Shown: one piece after another, positions 8,783 to 18,351 of the stretch | Position numbering within the stretch: the first letter of the stretch is position 1 | Layout of the letters: each line of letters opens with the position of its first letter | DNA from: Candidatus Latescibacterota bacterium | Lineage (GTDB): Bacteria > Latescibacterota > UBA2968 > GCA-2709665 | Direction: 5' to 3' | DNA: 64,000 nt | Assembly (NCBI GenBank): GCA_965208835.1 | Contig: OZ242358.1 | Coordinates: forward strand, 1,600,001 to 1,664,000 | Position numbers and translations under genes: made by a program | The notes under the pieces: generated by a model | What the model was told of the DNA's origin: nothing | The model's database searches: none | What the model saw: only the letters and a program-made list of their open reading frames with translations

Positions 8783-10630
8783 ATGCCGAATGCGCTGCTG
8801 GTCAGTCCCATGAATCCGGTTACGTTCTGGAGCTTTGACGAAGCGCTGAAAGTAATCGACAAAAAGGTCGCGTTTCCGCCCCTGGGGCTGTTGACCATTG
8901 CCGGCATGATGTCAGATTCATACGACGTGCGAATGGTAGACATGAATGCGCATCCGCTGATCGACGAGGATCTCGAGTGGGCAGATATTGTCATAACGTC
9001 GTCAATGATCATTCACTGGCACTCGCTGGAAGACGTAATTGCGCGCTGCAACCGGATTGGCGTTCCGGTTCTGAACGGTGGACCGCTTCCCACCCAATAC
9101 TACGAAGAGATCGAGGGCGACGCCGTCTTTTACCTGGGCGAAGCGGAAAACGGGTTTATGGACATCGTGGATCGTCTCACCACGGGTTCGGCAACCGTTG
9201 AACGGGAATACGTGGACCGACGCGGCAAGTTTCAGGATCTGGCCGTAACCCCGCTGCCCCGCTGGTCCCTGATCGATTTCGACGACTACAGCAATATGGT
9301 CATCCAGGTTACGCGCGGGTGTCCCGAGAGCTGTACGTTCTGTAACATTCCTTCGCTGTACGGGAAGATAACACGGCTTAAGAGCAAGAGCAGAATGATA
9401 CAGGAGCTGGACGCATTATACGATTCCGGCTGGCGCGGCGCGGTGATGGCTGTGGACGACAATTTCGTGGGCAACCGGGACGAAATAAGGCAATCGCTCG
9501 AGGACGAAGTCGTACCGTGGCAGCAGGAGCGCGGCTATCCGTTTCAGTTCCACACCCAGGCCAGCATCCGGGTCAGCGACGATCCGCAGTTGCTGGAGGC
9601 CATGTACAAGGCCGGGTTCGACAAGGTGTTCGCCGGAATCGAGTCTCCCGTTGAGGAAAGCCTGAAGTTCATGGGCGCTCAGAAGAACCTTCAGGGCAAT
9701 ACACCCCTTTTGGATAAAGTCAAGATTCTCCAGGAAACCGGCTTCGAAGTCCAGGCGGGGTTCATTATCGGCCTGGACACCGACCCGGACGACATTGCCG
9801 AGCGGACCATCGCTTTCATCCGGGAGGCGGGTATTCCCGTGGCGATGGTAGGTATTCTGGGTGTGTTGCGGGATACGCCCGATTACAAGCGATTCAGCCG
9901 ACAGGGAAGGCTGGTGGAAGGCGCGAAATACACGGGCGACTCGGGGGTTTTCAGCCGCGAGTTGAGTTACGTGCCTCTAATAGACCCGGATACCTTGCTG
10001 GAACGGCACCGGTGGACGGTGGAAACGCTGAACAGCCCTGAGATTTTCTTCGAACGATGCCTTACGTTTTTTAATAACCGCGGGCGTCATCCGATTGCAG
10101 ATTCACCCGTACGGCTGCTTGAGATCAAGGCGTTCTTCCGGTCGATCTGGCGCCAGGGCATCCGGAACAGCAACTACCGATGGCAATACTGGAAGTTCAT
10201 GCTGCAGGTGCTCCTCAAGCATCCCGGCAGCTTGGCGGACGCGGTGCGCCTGGCCGTGCAGGGCCATCACCTCATTCTCACCACGCAGCGCGCATTGCAG
10301 GTAGACGAGGTGAAGACATTTCTTGACGAGGCGCTCGAACATCTGGAACATTTCAATAATGGCTATCGCACGGCCTACCGGAAGAACACGGAGACGTACG
10401 CCGGACGTCTTATGCGGGCGGTTCACCACCGCTTCGAGCACTTTCAGGACGACCACAGGACCATGCAGCATCACGCCAAGGTGCTTCGGGGTGCCGCCCA
10501 GGAATACTACCAGGCAACGTGCGAGGAGTTCCAACACCAGATCCGGGAGCCGATGGAGCGTTTTCAACAGGATACCGATCACTTGCTGAGGACGTTTTCG
10601 TCCGAGCGGGCGGCACTGCAGAGGTCATAG
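8783..10630 (+). CDS. B12-binding radical SAM protein (DUF4070-like C-terminus)
   Basis: FPPLGLLTIA cobalamin-binding N-terminus, RGCPESCTFC, VDDNFVG, GIES and GFIIGLD. Confidence 0.88.
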   Translation: MPNALLVSPMNPVTFWSFDEALKVIDKKVAFPPLGLLTIAGMMSDSYDVRMVDMNAHPLIDEDLEWADIVITSSMIIHWHSLEDVIARCNRIGVPVLNGGPLPTQYYEEIEGDAVFYLGEAENGFMDIVDRLTTGSATVEREYVDRRGKFQDLAVTPLPRWSLIDFDDYSNMVIQVTRGCPESCTFCNIPSLYGKITRLKSKSRMIQELDALYDSGWRGAVMAVDDNFVGNRDEIRQSLEDEVVPWQQERGYPFQFHTQASIRVSDDPQLLEAMYKAGFDKVFAGIESPVEESLKFMGAQKNLQGNTPLLDKVKILQETGFEVQAGFIIGLDTDPDDIAERTIAFIREAGIPVAMVGILGVLRDTPDYKRFSRQGRLVEGAKYTGDSGVFSRELSYVPLIDPDTLLERHRWTVETLNSPEIFFERCLTFFNNRGRHPIADSPVRLLEIKAFFRSIWRQGIRNSNYRWQYWKFMLQVLLKHPGSLADAVRLAVQGHHLILTTQRALQVDEVKTFLDEALEHLEHFNNGYRTAYRKNTETYAGRLMRAVHHRFEHFQDDHRTMQHHAKVLRGAAQEYYQATCEEFQHQIREPMERFQQDTDHLLRTFSSERAALQRS

Positions 10631-10695
10631 TGTCCCCGTCGATTCATCCCCTCCTGCCGCGTCGCCTGCAGAGCGACTTTATCGACGGACTGTTA
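10628..10695. repeat. Short family C element between convergent genes
   Basis: CGCCTGCAGAGCGACTTTATCGACGGACTGTTA nearly matches 37811-37843. Confidence 0.6.
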
Positions 10696-11925
10696 TAGCT
10701 TCCAGTAGTCGTCGATGTCGCGCTGGTAGGCGTTCACTTTTCCACTGATTACATCGTTGACCTTGACGATCTCACCGGATTTACCTGATTCGTACAGTGC
10801 TTCGCTCACCGCCTTGCTGCGCAGGCCTTCCTCCGCGTCAATCTCCACGTTGCGTCCGGTGCTCATCGCGTCAATAAAGTCCCAGAGTTCCAGAGGCATT
10901 CCGCCGGTGATGCCGTAGGGAAACAGGCGTTCGTTCTCTTCCTCGCTCAGGCTCTTCCTGAACATATCCACAACCCGTTCCATGCTGTAGGTGACGCCGT
11001 CCAGGAGTTGGCACTCACCGCGGATCGCGCCTGCCGCCGGATGGAAGATATCGTATTCAACGATGGTGCCCTTGCTGCCCGTAAGGCTGAGTTGCAGAAA
11101 GCCCTTGCCGGGCGCGCTGTTGGTCCAGGACCAGGTTCCGATAACCCCGCTCCTGAAATTGAAAATGCTGGTCCAGAAGTCTTCTCGCGTGTCGTTGATG
11201 ATCCTTTTTCCCTTCCGGTGCGGGCGTTTCTCTATTTGCTCCACGCGCGCGTATACGCTGTCCACTTCACCGAACCAGTAGCGCATTGTATCCACCCAGT
11301 GGGCGCCGCTGTCCATCACCATGCCGCAGCCGCCCAGCCGACGGTCGACTCGCCAGTGCCAGTCCTGGATATGCTTCGGGTCCTGCCACGACGCGCTTGC
11401 GGCCAGCCAGAAACGCGGTTTTCCCATCAGACCCCCCGCGTTGAACGCCCAGTGGATCGCGCGCTGCCCGACGCTGCGGCGGCACTGTTCGGCCGTTGCG
11501 GCAATGCGTTTGTTTTTCTTCGCGGCGGCGATTATCTTTTTCGTGGCCTTCACGGTGATACCGATGGGTTTTTCGCAGATGATGTTCACGCCGCCGGAAA
11601 GCAGCTCGCACGCCAGTACGTGGTGCAGCCCGTGTGGCCCGCAGATATCGGCGCCGTCCAGATGCTTCTCGCCGTTGAGCAATTCCTCTACGGTCCGGTA
11701 GGCGTTTACAGACTCGCCGGTGTGGCCTTCAATCCGTTCCGCCATGGCGGTGGCACGTTCCGGAACATCGTCCACGGCGGCGACGATGCGGAAACGCGTT
11801 TCGTTTCTTTCCATGAGTTCGGCGTAACCCCTGAGATGCGCGCCTGCGATACCGCCGCAGCCAACGATGGCGAGGTTTACCGTCTTGCCGCCCGAGTGTC
11901 TGGCCATGCCGATCCTTTCAGTCAT
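10693..11925 (-). CDS. Gfo/Idh/MocA oxidoreductase
   Basis: IVGCGGIA, ICEKP and MDSGAH. Confidence 0.9.
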   Translation of the reverse strand: MTERIGMARHSGGKTVNLAIVGCGGIAGAHLRGYAELMERNETRFRIVAAVDDVPERATAMAERIEGHTGESVNAYRTVEELLNGEKHLDGADICGPHGLHHVLACELLSGGVNIICEKPIGITVKATKKIIAAAKKNKRIAATAEQCRRSVGQRAIHWAFNAGGLMGKPRFWLAASASWQDPKHIQDWHWRVDRRLGGCGMVMDSGAHWVDTMRYWFGEVDSVYARVEQIEKRPHRKGKRIINDTREDFWTSIFNFRSGVIGTWSWTNSAPGKGFLQLSLTGSKGTIVEYDIFHPAAGAIRGECQLLDGVTYSMERVVDMFRKSLSEEENERLFPYGITGGMPLELWDFIDAMSTGRNVEIDAEEGLRSKAVSEALYESGKSGEIVKVNDVISGKVNAYQRDIDDYWKL

Positions 11926-12207
11926 ATCCGCGATCCGTTGTCGAGGCCTCGCGAGTTAGCGGCCCGGTTTCCTGTCTGCGGGTTCCATATTACCCGGTCC
12001 GGGTGAATTGTCAAGTCGATTGTTTGTGGTGTAAGGAAACCCGGCGGACCGGTTCAAAACAACCGCGTTTCCATTCCGCATGAACATGCTGCTGAAATCT
12101 CCGGTGTTGACGGCCGCACCGTCGATCGTCCAGTCAGGTCGCTCCCCCGTGAATCCCTTCGTGTCATTGTGTATCCAATTGAAATCCTATTAAGGAGGTA
12201 AGACAAG

Positions 12208-13077
12208 ATGTTGATTGACGCACATAACCATCCCAACTGGCACGGCTACGATGCGAAGCGAATTCTGAACAACATGGATGAGCAGGGCATTGACAGGATG
12301 TGGCTGTTTACCTGGGAGGTGCCGGAAGACGAATACAGTCCGTCCTATCACAAGGCCCTGCCTCCCGGTGGGACAGGCATTCCGCTCGAAGACGTGCTGC
12401 AGGTGGGAAGGGAGGCGCGCGACCGCTTCGTGCTGGGCTACTTCCCGCACCCCAAGAGGCCCGATGCGGCCGATCGCCTTCGTGCGGCACGCGAAATACA
12501 CGGCATCCGGGTTGCCAGTGAGATGAAGGTGCGCGTCCTGTTCGACGACCCGGATGCGATTCAGCTATATAACGCGTGCGCTGAAATGAAACTGCCCATA
12601 ACGATCCATCTCGACTATCCCATCAACCACGGCGGGGGGAACTATCCCAGACCGAACTACTGGTACGGCGGGAGTATCGAGGCGTTCGAGCGGGCGATCG
12701 CGGCCTGCCCGGAAACGACCTTCATCGGTCACGCGCCAGGGTTCTGGGCACACATCTCGGGAGACGATCTCTACGACAAACAGTCGTATCCGAATGCGCC
12801 GGTGCTTCCGGGGGGAAAACTGTGGGATTTGATGCGCCAGTACGACAATCTGTGGGCAGACCTCTCCGCTGGCTCGGCGCTGAACGCGCTCAAGCGGGAC
12901 CCGGGGACCGGAACGAAATTCCTCATCGAGTTTCAGGATAAATTGCTGTGGGGGCGCGACTATTTCGACACAGCGCTGATGGATTTCTTCCAGGGACTGT
13001 CGTTGCCCAATGGCGCGTATGACAAGATTACCTATCTGAACGCGTTGCGTATTCTTGGCGAATCCGTCCCGGGTTAG
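12208..13077 (+). CDS. Amidohydrolase-family protein
   Basis: IDAHNH, PITIH, FIGHAPG and LLWGRD. RBS AAGGAGG. Confidence 0.85.
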   Translation: MLIDAHNHPNWHGYDAKRILNNMDEQGIDRMWLFTWEVPEDEYSPSYHKALPPGGTGIPLEDVLQVGREARDRFVLGYFPHPKRPDAADRLRAAREIHGIRVASEMKVRVLFDDPDAIQLYNACAEMKLPITIHLDYPINHGGGNYPRPNYWYGGSIEAFERAIAACPETTFIGHAPGFWAHISGDDLYDKQSYPNAPVLPGGKLWDLMRQYDNLWADLSAGSALNALKRDPGTGTKFLIEFQDKLLWGRDYFDTALMDFFQGLSLPNGAYDKITYLNALRILGESVPG

Positions 13078-13113
13078 GCCGGCAGCCCGCGTCGCGCCAA
13101 GCGCCCGCGATCC

Positions 13114-14232
13114 TTACGTTTTGACGAACTCTGTAAGTTTCCGGGCGTACGCCACGTTGCCATACTCCCTGAGGATCCGGTCCTGCGCGCGTGCCGCGGC
13201 GTTTTTCCGCTGGGTTTCGTGTTCCAGCCACCATCGCGCTTTTTGCTGGAGCTCATCCAGGTCGGCCCACGTGTCAATCTCCGTGCCGACGTCGAAGATT
13301 TCCTCGATGCCCGCCACATAATCGGTCAGCATGAACCCGCCGCTGCCGGTGATTGCGGTATCTCGCTGATTCAGATAGCCGTGGGAATCGGGCGAATTGT
13401 GTTGGTTAATATTGACCCTGGAGGCCTTGTACACGCCGGGAAGCTCCATGTAACTCCGAAATCCGCGGTAGGAATATCTGGGCAGGTCCTGAAACGTGCC
13501 GAAACCCAGTCCCCCGTATACATGGACCCTTCCCAGGTCTCTGAGTGCGGCGACCACTTCCTGTCTCAGCGCGCGCTGGGCCGGAAAGGGGATGGTGTGG
13601 GTGATCCGTTTGACCAGGTCTTCGGATTCCAGGTACTCGTCCGGGCTGCCGCCTTCCTTTGTGTATAACGACATGATGGTGACGGAGAAGTCACATTCCT
13701 CGTGTCGCGCCGGTCTGGCGAAACGATGCAGCTCCATTGCCGGCGGCGGATACAGCACGATAGCCTTTATTCCTCGTTTTGCATAGACATCCACACTTTC
13801 CCTGCAACACGTCGCGGCATATTCGAACTCGCGGGTGAAATGCGGGCTTCGGAGCAGGTCCCACGGATCGTCCTGGGTGTGTGTTACGGTTTTGCACCAG
13901 GGAAATCGCTCTCGCAGCTCCCCGATGAGCCCCGGCGGCCGGTCGTCCTTGCTGAACCACCAGATGAGCAGTTCCGGTTCGTGCTCGATGACGGTTCTGA
14001 ACAGACCCTCCTGGAACGCGCCGACGTCCCTGTATTTCAGGTCCCACATTTCGTGAGGAGGGATGATGTCGGCCTCCTCCTTTGCCAGTGCGACATCCGC
14101 TTCGAGATTCGCCTCGATACACCCCCGTGTGGGCTGATAGAGGACATCGTAACCGATGCTCTTGAAACCGTGCTGAATGCTCCAGAGGGATTGCCCGGGC
14201 AGGAATCCGCCCAGCAGGAGGACTTTCGGCAT
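13114..14232 (-). CDS. Glycosyltransferase (GT-B, CgeB / Glyco_trans_1_2-like)
   Basis: YKASRVNINQH...LNQR...GGFMLTD C-terminal motif. Confidence 0.75.
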   Translation of the reverse strand: MPKVLLLGGFLPGQSLWSIQHGFKSIGYDVLYQPTRGCIEANLEADVALAKEEADIIPPHEMWDLKYRDVGAFQEGLFRTVIEHEPELLIWWFSKDDRPPGLIGELRERFPWCKTVTHTQDDPWDLLRSPHFTREFEYAATCCRESVDVYAKRGIKAIVLYPPPAMELHRFARPARHEECDFSVTIMSLYTKEGGSPDEYLESEDLVKRITHTIPFPAQRALRQEVVAALRDLGRVHVYGGLGFGTFQDLPRYSYRGFRSYMELPGVYKASRVNINQHNSPDSHGYLNQRDTAITGSGGFMLTDYVAGIEEIFDVGTEIDTWADLDELQQKARWWLEHETQRKNAAARAQDRILREYGNVAYARKLTEFVKT

Positions 14233-14511
14233 CTTCAGTTCCTTTCAGGTCAGGAATTGCGACCGTTTGACGTATTCATCCGGCCCTACGGCGAACGTCA
14301 GGCAACCGATCTGTCACGTGTGCGTATACATAATTACACGAGGCGATCACATCGACGCCGTCCATGGTCCCTAACGGTTTCGCTTCGGACGATGGCCGAA
14401 AGATAGATGAATCGATGTTCGTCCGAAAGACGAAAGCGGCCCGGTTTACCTGACCCGCTTTTTGGGTTGCCCGCGACGGGTTTTTGTACTTACTTGGAAT
14501 CGTGGGCCTTA

Positions 14512-14699
14512 GAAGCTGTTTTAAAATTACCGGTGAGTTCCCGAGCGCGAGCGAAAAAGTGGCGGGCAAGGCGGGAAAACCCGCCCATATCCAATGTATC
14601 GTGGCTGCGCGCCCCTCGCCACTCTTGGGTGGGTTTGACCAACGCCGACCGGCGCTTTTGCAGCCGCGCGAAGACCGCTGGGAATTTTAAGTCAGCTTC
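14512..14699. mobile_element. MITE-like element (family D) with TTA target duplication
   Basis: TIR GAAGCTGTTTTAAAATT / AATTTTAAGTCAGCTTC, flanked by TTA on both sides. Confidence 0.7.
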
Positions 14700-14732
14700 T
14701 TAGCACGTGGTGCGTCGAACGGAGGTGTTGCG

Positions 14733-15590
14733 TTGACGACGGACACGGACCTGACTGCACACCGGACTTCAATACGTTCGTGGTGGTCTGCCGACGGTCA
14801 CCGGTTCCTGCCGCCGGCGCTCATCACCTGCATATTGATTGGCAGCCAGATTACATATGGAATTCTTGAGGATCTGTCGAAAACGGCATTGGCCATCGCG
14901 GTCGCAGTCGGCGTGGAGGGTCTGCTGGGCAGACTGCATGGGAGCCGCAAACCGAATTTCGTGAGCGGATACATCACCGGAATCAGCGTGGGGATTCTGA
15001 TCCGCTCGCTATGGTTGTGGCCCTATGCGCTTTGCAGCGCGGTCTCGATTCTGTCCAAGTATGTGGTCCGATGGCGAGGCAGGCATCTTTGGAACCCGTC
15101 CAATCTCGGCGTTAGCGCGATGTTCTTCCTTGCGCCGGAAATGGCGGCGGGGCTGAGTATTCAGTGGGGTAACGCCGTCTGGGTCATGCTGGTGATCTGG
15201 GTATTTGGCTGGATGGCGGTCTGGCGGGTAAAGCGGCTGCACATCTGTCTGACGTACGTGGTGAGTTTCCTGCTGTTCGGGGTTGTACGAAGTCTTGTCA
15301 CGGGGCAGGCGTATCTGGCCGGTGTGGCGCCCATTACCGGTCCAATGTACCAGCTGTTTATTTTCTTCATGATTACGGATCCAAAAACAACGGTGAACAC
15401 AGTGCGTGGCCAGTGCTGGGTTGCGTTTACCGTAGCTGCGGTTGAAGCCGGACTGCGTCTGTACGAGCAGGTCTATGCCCCGTTCTATGCGTTGTTTCTC
15501 GTTGGACCCTGCGCGGTGGCAACGGAGATATGGTTGGAGAAGCGTGGCGTGTCTGGGGAAATTGGGGCCCGAAGTGAAGTCGGTGGTTGA
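14733..15590 (+). CDS. RnfD/NqrB-like (UnbU-like) membrane protein
   Basis: HLWNPSN and FFMITDPKT motifs. Polytopic membrane protein. Confidence 0.7.
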   Translation: MTTDTDLTAHRTSIRSWWSADGHRFLPPALITCILIGSQITYGILEDLSKTALAIAVAVGVEGLLGRLHGSRKPNFVSGYITGISVGILIRSLWLWPYALCSAVSILSKYVVRWRGRHLWNPSNLGVSAMFFLAPEMAAGLSIQWGNAVWVMLVIWVFGWMAVWRVKRLHICLTYVVSFLLFGVVRSLVTGQAYLAGVAPITGPMYQLFIFFMITDPKTTVNTVRGQCWVAFTVAAVEAGLRLYEQVYAPFYALFLVGPCAVATEIWLEKRGVSGEIGARSEVGG

Positions 15591-15618
15591 CGGTGCAACC
15601 ATTTGCAAGGAGGTGGCG

Positions 15619-15930
15619 ATGAAGACTGAAATCAGGGGGAAACACTTCGAGGTGTCCGTCCGGTTGCGGGAGTACATCGAAAAAGAAACACAAAAACTGA
15701 AACAGTTCTATGAACCGATTCTGGACACCCGGATTACGCTGGAGCGGGAGAACCGGATGTACAGGGTCGAGATTGTGGTACACGTTCATAACCACATCCT
15801 TAAAGCCACTGACGAACAGGATGCCGTCCATCCCGCGCTTGGGGGTGCGATCGACAAGATGGTCCGGCAGCTCAAGAGGGTCAAGGAACGACAGCGCAGG
15901 CCGCGGGTTCCCGCAGCAGCGCGGAATTGA
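15619..15930 (+). CDS. hpf: Ribosome hibernation factor HPF/RaiA (short form)
   Basis: MKTEIRGKHFEVS...AIDKMVRQLKRVKE. RBS AAGGAGG. Confidence 0.85.
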   Translation: MKTEIRGKHFEVSVRLREYIEKETQKLKQFYEPILDTRITLERENRMYRVEIVVHVHNHILKATDEQDAVHPALGGAIDKMVRQLKRVKERQRRPRVPAAARN

Positions 15931-15948
15931 GCGACGGCGATCCAACGA

Positions 15949-15985
15949 AACGCTCCCCTGGCAGCTGCCGCGGGGAGCGTTTTTT
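15949..15985 (+). terminator. Intrinsic terminator
   Basis: AACGCTCCCC...GGGGAGCGTT followed by a T-run. Confidence 0.75.
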
Positions 15986-15992
15986 CTGTTTG

Positions 15993-17513
15993 TCAGGAAT
16001 CGCGGATATCGACGGCGGGGCTGCGCCAGGTCCGCAGGAGGTTCCATGCCAGCGCCGCCGCCGCCAGCCACCCGAGCACGCCGGAGAGCCCGAATGCGGT
16101 CATCGAAACCGCCAAACCACCGGGAACCCGGTCCAGAATCCCTACCAGGAACAGTGGCGCGATGCGACAAAGCGCGGCGGCGGTCGCGACGTAAAAGGTG
16201 GCAGCCACCAGACCCGGTAAGGCGACTTTGCGTTTGTGAAGGAAGCCGGGCACCATCCGAGGCGCCATGCCCAGCAGAAGGAGGGTGATAAAGCCCGCAA
16301 GATGTGTGTGGCGCAATGCATCGGGATCGAACGGAGATGCGATGCGAAGGAGGACAAGAGCGCCATCCAGCAATTCAACCATAGCGGCGAGTGCCAGGAA
16401 GGCGTACGCGGCGTAGAGCAGCAGTTCGAATCGGCCGAACTCGCCATAGTCCGGCAAGCCAGGGCGCGTGGGGCGCCTGTCGGGCCCGGGTTCGCCGATG
16501 CGGTGTACGGTCCATGGAGGATACCACCGGAAGAGAATGTCCAGTTTCCAGATGAAAAGAAGGAGGATTGCGCCTCTGAGAACTTTCCCGATGGGCGAAA
16601 GATGCGCAAGAGACGATGCGAAGGAAATCTCCGTGAGTTGTGCGAATACAGGCACATGGATCAGGATGAGCGCCATGAGATAGACCTGTCCGTAACGTGC
16701 GACGGGCCAGCGGACGGCGGGCAGGCGCAGGTAGAGCGGAAGCGTACGGACGGAAAACGCCATCGCCGTGGGAAGGACGACGAATCCGGTGAACAACTCA
16801 ATACCGAATCGGTTCCACGCGATGTCAAGCAGGGGGTTGTCGCCAAGGCTCGCGTGAAATGCGAGACCCGCCGCGAGCAGTGAATACAGTCCCCACCCCG
16901 CAATGGCGATAGCCAGGAAGATGCGCACCGTCTTCAGTGCCGGGCGGTCCTCAGGTGCGCCGCGTAAGGTAGTGACCAAGAGATAGAGATAAGTAAAGAC
17001 GCCCGCCGTTTCCAACAGCGCGGAGAAACCGAGCGTCCATCGCAGGCCGGTATGGACCGGGTCTTCAAGTCCCACGGCAAGCAGCGGCTGCGAGAGCGCA
17101 CGAAGGAAAATGCCGCTTGCAAGAAGAGAGAGAATCCAGGTGGAAAGCCGGGGATGGCGCAGTGGCGCACCCGCCAGACGAGGCAGGAAGTAGAGGCTAA
17201 CGCCGATGATGAAGAGGCCGATCCAGCCTAGGAGCTGGGCGTGGCCATGCGCCTGGAGCATGGCGACCCACCAGCTTCCCATAGGCAACTGAAAACCGAT
17301 CAGCACGGCCAGGACGGCCGCGTAGCCGAACCCGACGGTCAGCGCGACAGACAGCGACGCCAGCACAAAGCCGAAGTAAAAAGGGGTGTGGGCGCGTTTC
17401 TGATTATCGGACAAGGATGTCACCTGGAGTCGGGATGAGGGGAAGTTCGAATTCGTGTCGAATTTCGATCCGCCGCGCACTCGATAAATTAACCCGCCAA
17501 CACGATTCCGCAA
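15993..17513 (-). CDS. NnrS-like membrane protein
   Basis: QAHGHAQLLGW...YFLPR and ALRHTHLAGF...GMAPRMVP. The true start may be the GTG at 17423. Confidence 0.7.
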   Translation of the reverse strand: MRNRVGGLIYRVRGGSKFDTNSNFPSSRLQVTSLSDNQKRAHTPFYFGFVLASLSVALTVGFGYAAVLAVLIGFQLPMGSWWVAMLQAHGHAQLLGWIGLFIIGVSLYFLPRLAGAPLRHPRLSTWILSLLASGIFLRALSQPLLAVGLEDPVHTGLRWTLGFSALLETAGVFTYLYLLVTTLRGAPEDRPALKTVRIFLAIAIAGWGLYSLLAAGLAFHASLGDNPLLDIAWNRFGIELFTGFVVLPTAMAFSVRTLPLYLRLPAVRWPVARYGQVYLMALILIHVPVFAQLTEISFASSLAHLSPIGKVLRGAILLLFIWKLDILFRWYPPWTVHRIGEPGPDRRPTRPGLPDYGEFGRFELLLYAAYAFLALAAMVELLDGALVLLRIASPFDPDALRHTHLAGFITLLLLGMAPRMVPGFLHKRKVALPGLVAATFYVATAAALCRIAPLFLVGILDRVPGGLAVSMTAFGLSGVLGWLAAAALAWNLLRTWRSPAVDIRDS

Positions 17514-17528
17514 CCTCTTTCCAGAAAA

Positions 17529-17659
17529 CCGGGTAGACGTTAGACGTAAGAGGGATGAGACAGGCTGCCTTGTAACGTCTCAACTCAGGCCGGAGGCAAG
17601 CAGGAGGAACCTGACGGACAAGGATTTCTTCTCCCGGCGCACGTCTCCCCTCTAACCAC
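17529..17659 (+). repeat. Family A element, copy 2
   Basis: Heptamer arrays flanking core TGCCTTGTAA...TCAGGCCGGAGGCAAG...GAGGAAC...AAGGATTTCTTCT. Confidence 0.75.
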
Positions 17660-17982
17660 TTTTAGTGCCCTTGGTTAATTTCCTGAACTTATGTACAAAG
17701 ACGTGTGTCTATAGACAATGACAGGCGTTGCGGGACGGGTGATCTGTCGCCTGACGGCTCCCCACTGGTCGCTGATGGTGTGCGCCTCACACAAGGGAAG
17801 CCACCCAGGTACCATACGCCTGGCCATTTGAGAGGATTATCAAAGCAGAGCGCGCTATTCCGTCCAGCACCAGCGTCTGATATACTTCCGAGGCTGGCAG
17901 GGCAACGGATTTTGTGCATCCACTGGGGCAATTCGTGCGATGCATAAGGCAGGCCCCGCGCCCAGCGGCGACAATTCTAAAG

Positions 17983-18149
17983 GCGGTGAGAAGGAAGAGG
18001 GAAGCCGGTAGAAGAAATGCGGGTAGACGGTAGAGGTGAGACGGTAGAAGATATCCTCGCCCCGTATGCTTTCCCTCCTTGCCTCCAGAATGAAGAGAAT
18101 CCTTACATGGCATGCAATCTCTCCCCTCTCCCGTCTTCCGTCTCCCCGC
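17983..18149 (-). repeat. Family A element, copy 3 (inverted relative to copy 2)
   Basis: Reverse-complement core GAGATTGCATGCCATGTAAGGATT...GGAGGCAAGG...GAGGATATCTTCTACC. Confidence 0.7.
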
Positions 18150-18351
18150 TTTTAAGGAACACGCCGTAGGCAGGGTAATTTGGGAGAGGGGATATTGAAT
18201 TTGGTTTTGTTCTTGATCTTGGCTGACGGCTGAACGCTGACAGCTTATCGCTTGTTTTTTCTTTGTGCCTTCGTGTGAGTTGATAGTCGTCTCTAACTCG
18301 CAGCTTTAATCGGATCGCTGACGGATATTTTCATAACCACCGGGGTTTTTT

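Noticed and set aside
14355-14440. HDV-like or hammerhead ribozyme (ATGGTCCC and GAAA motifs)
   Set aside because: The required pseudoknot pairings and the CTGANGA core could not be built.
17705-17947. 80-aa ORFs within the family A-bounded interior
   Set aside because: No RBS, no recognisable motif and atypical composition.
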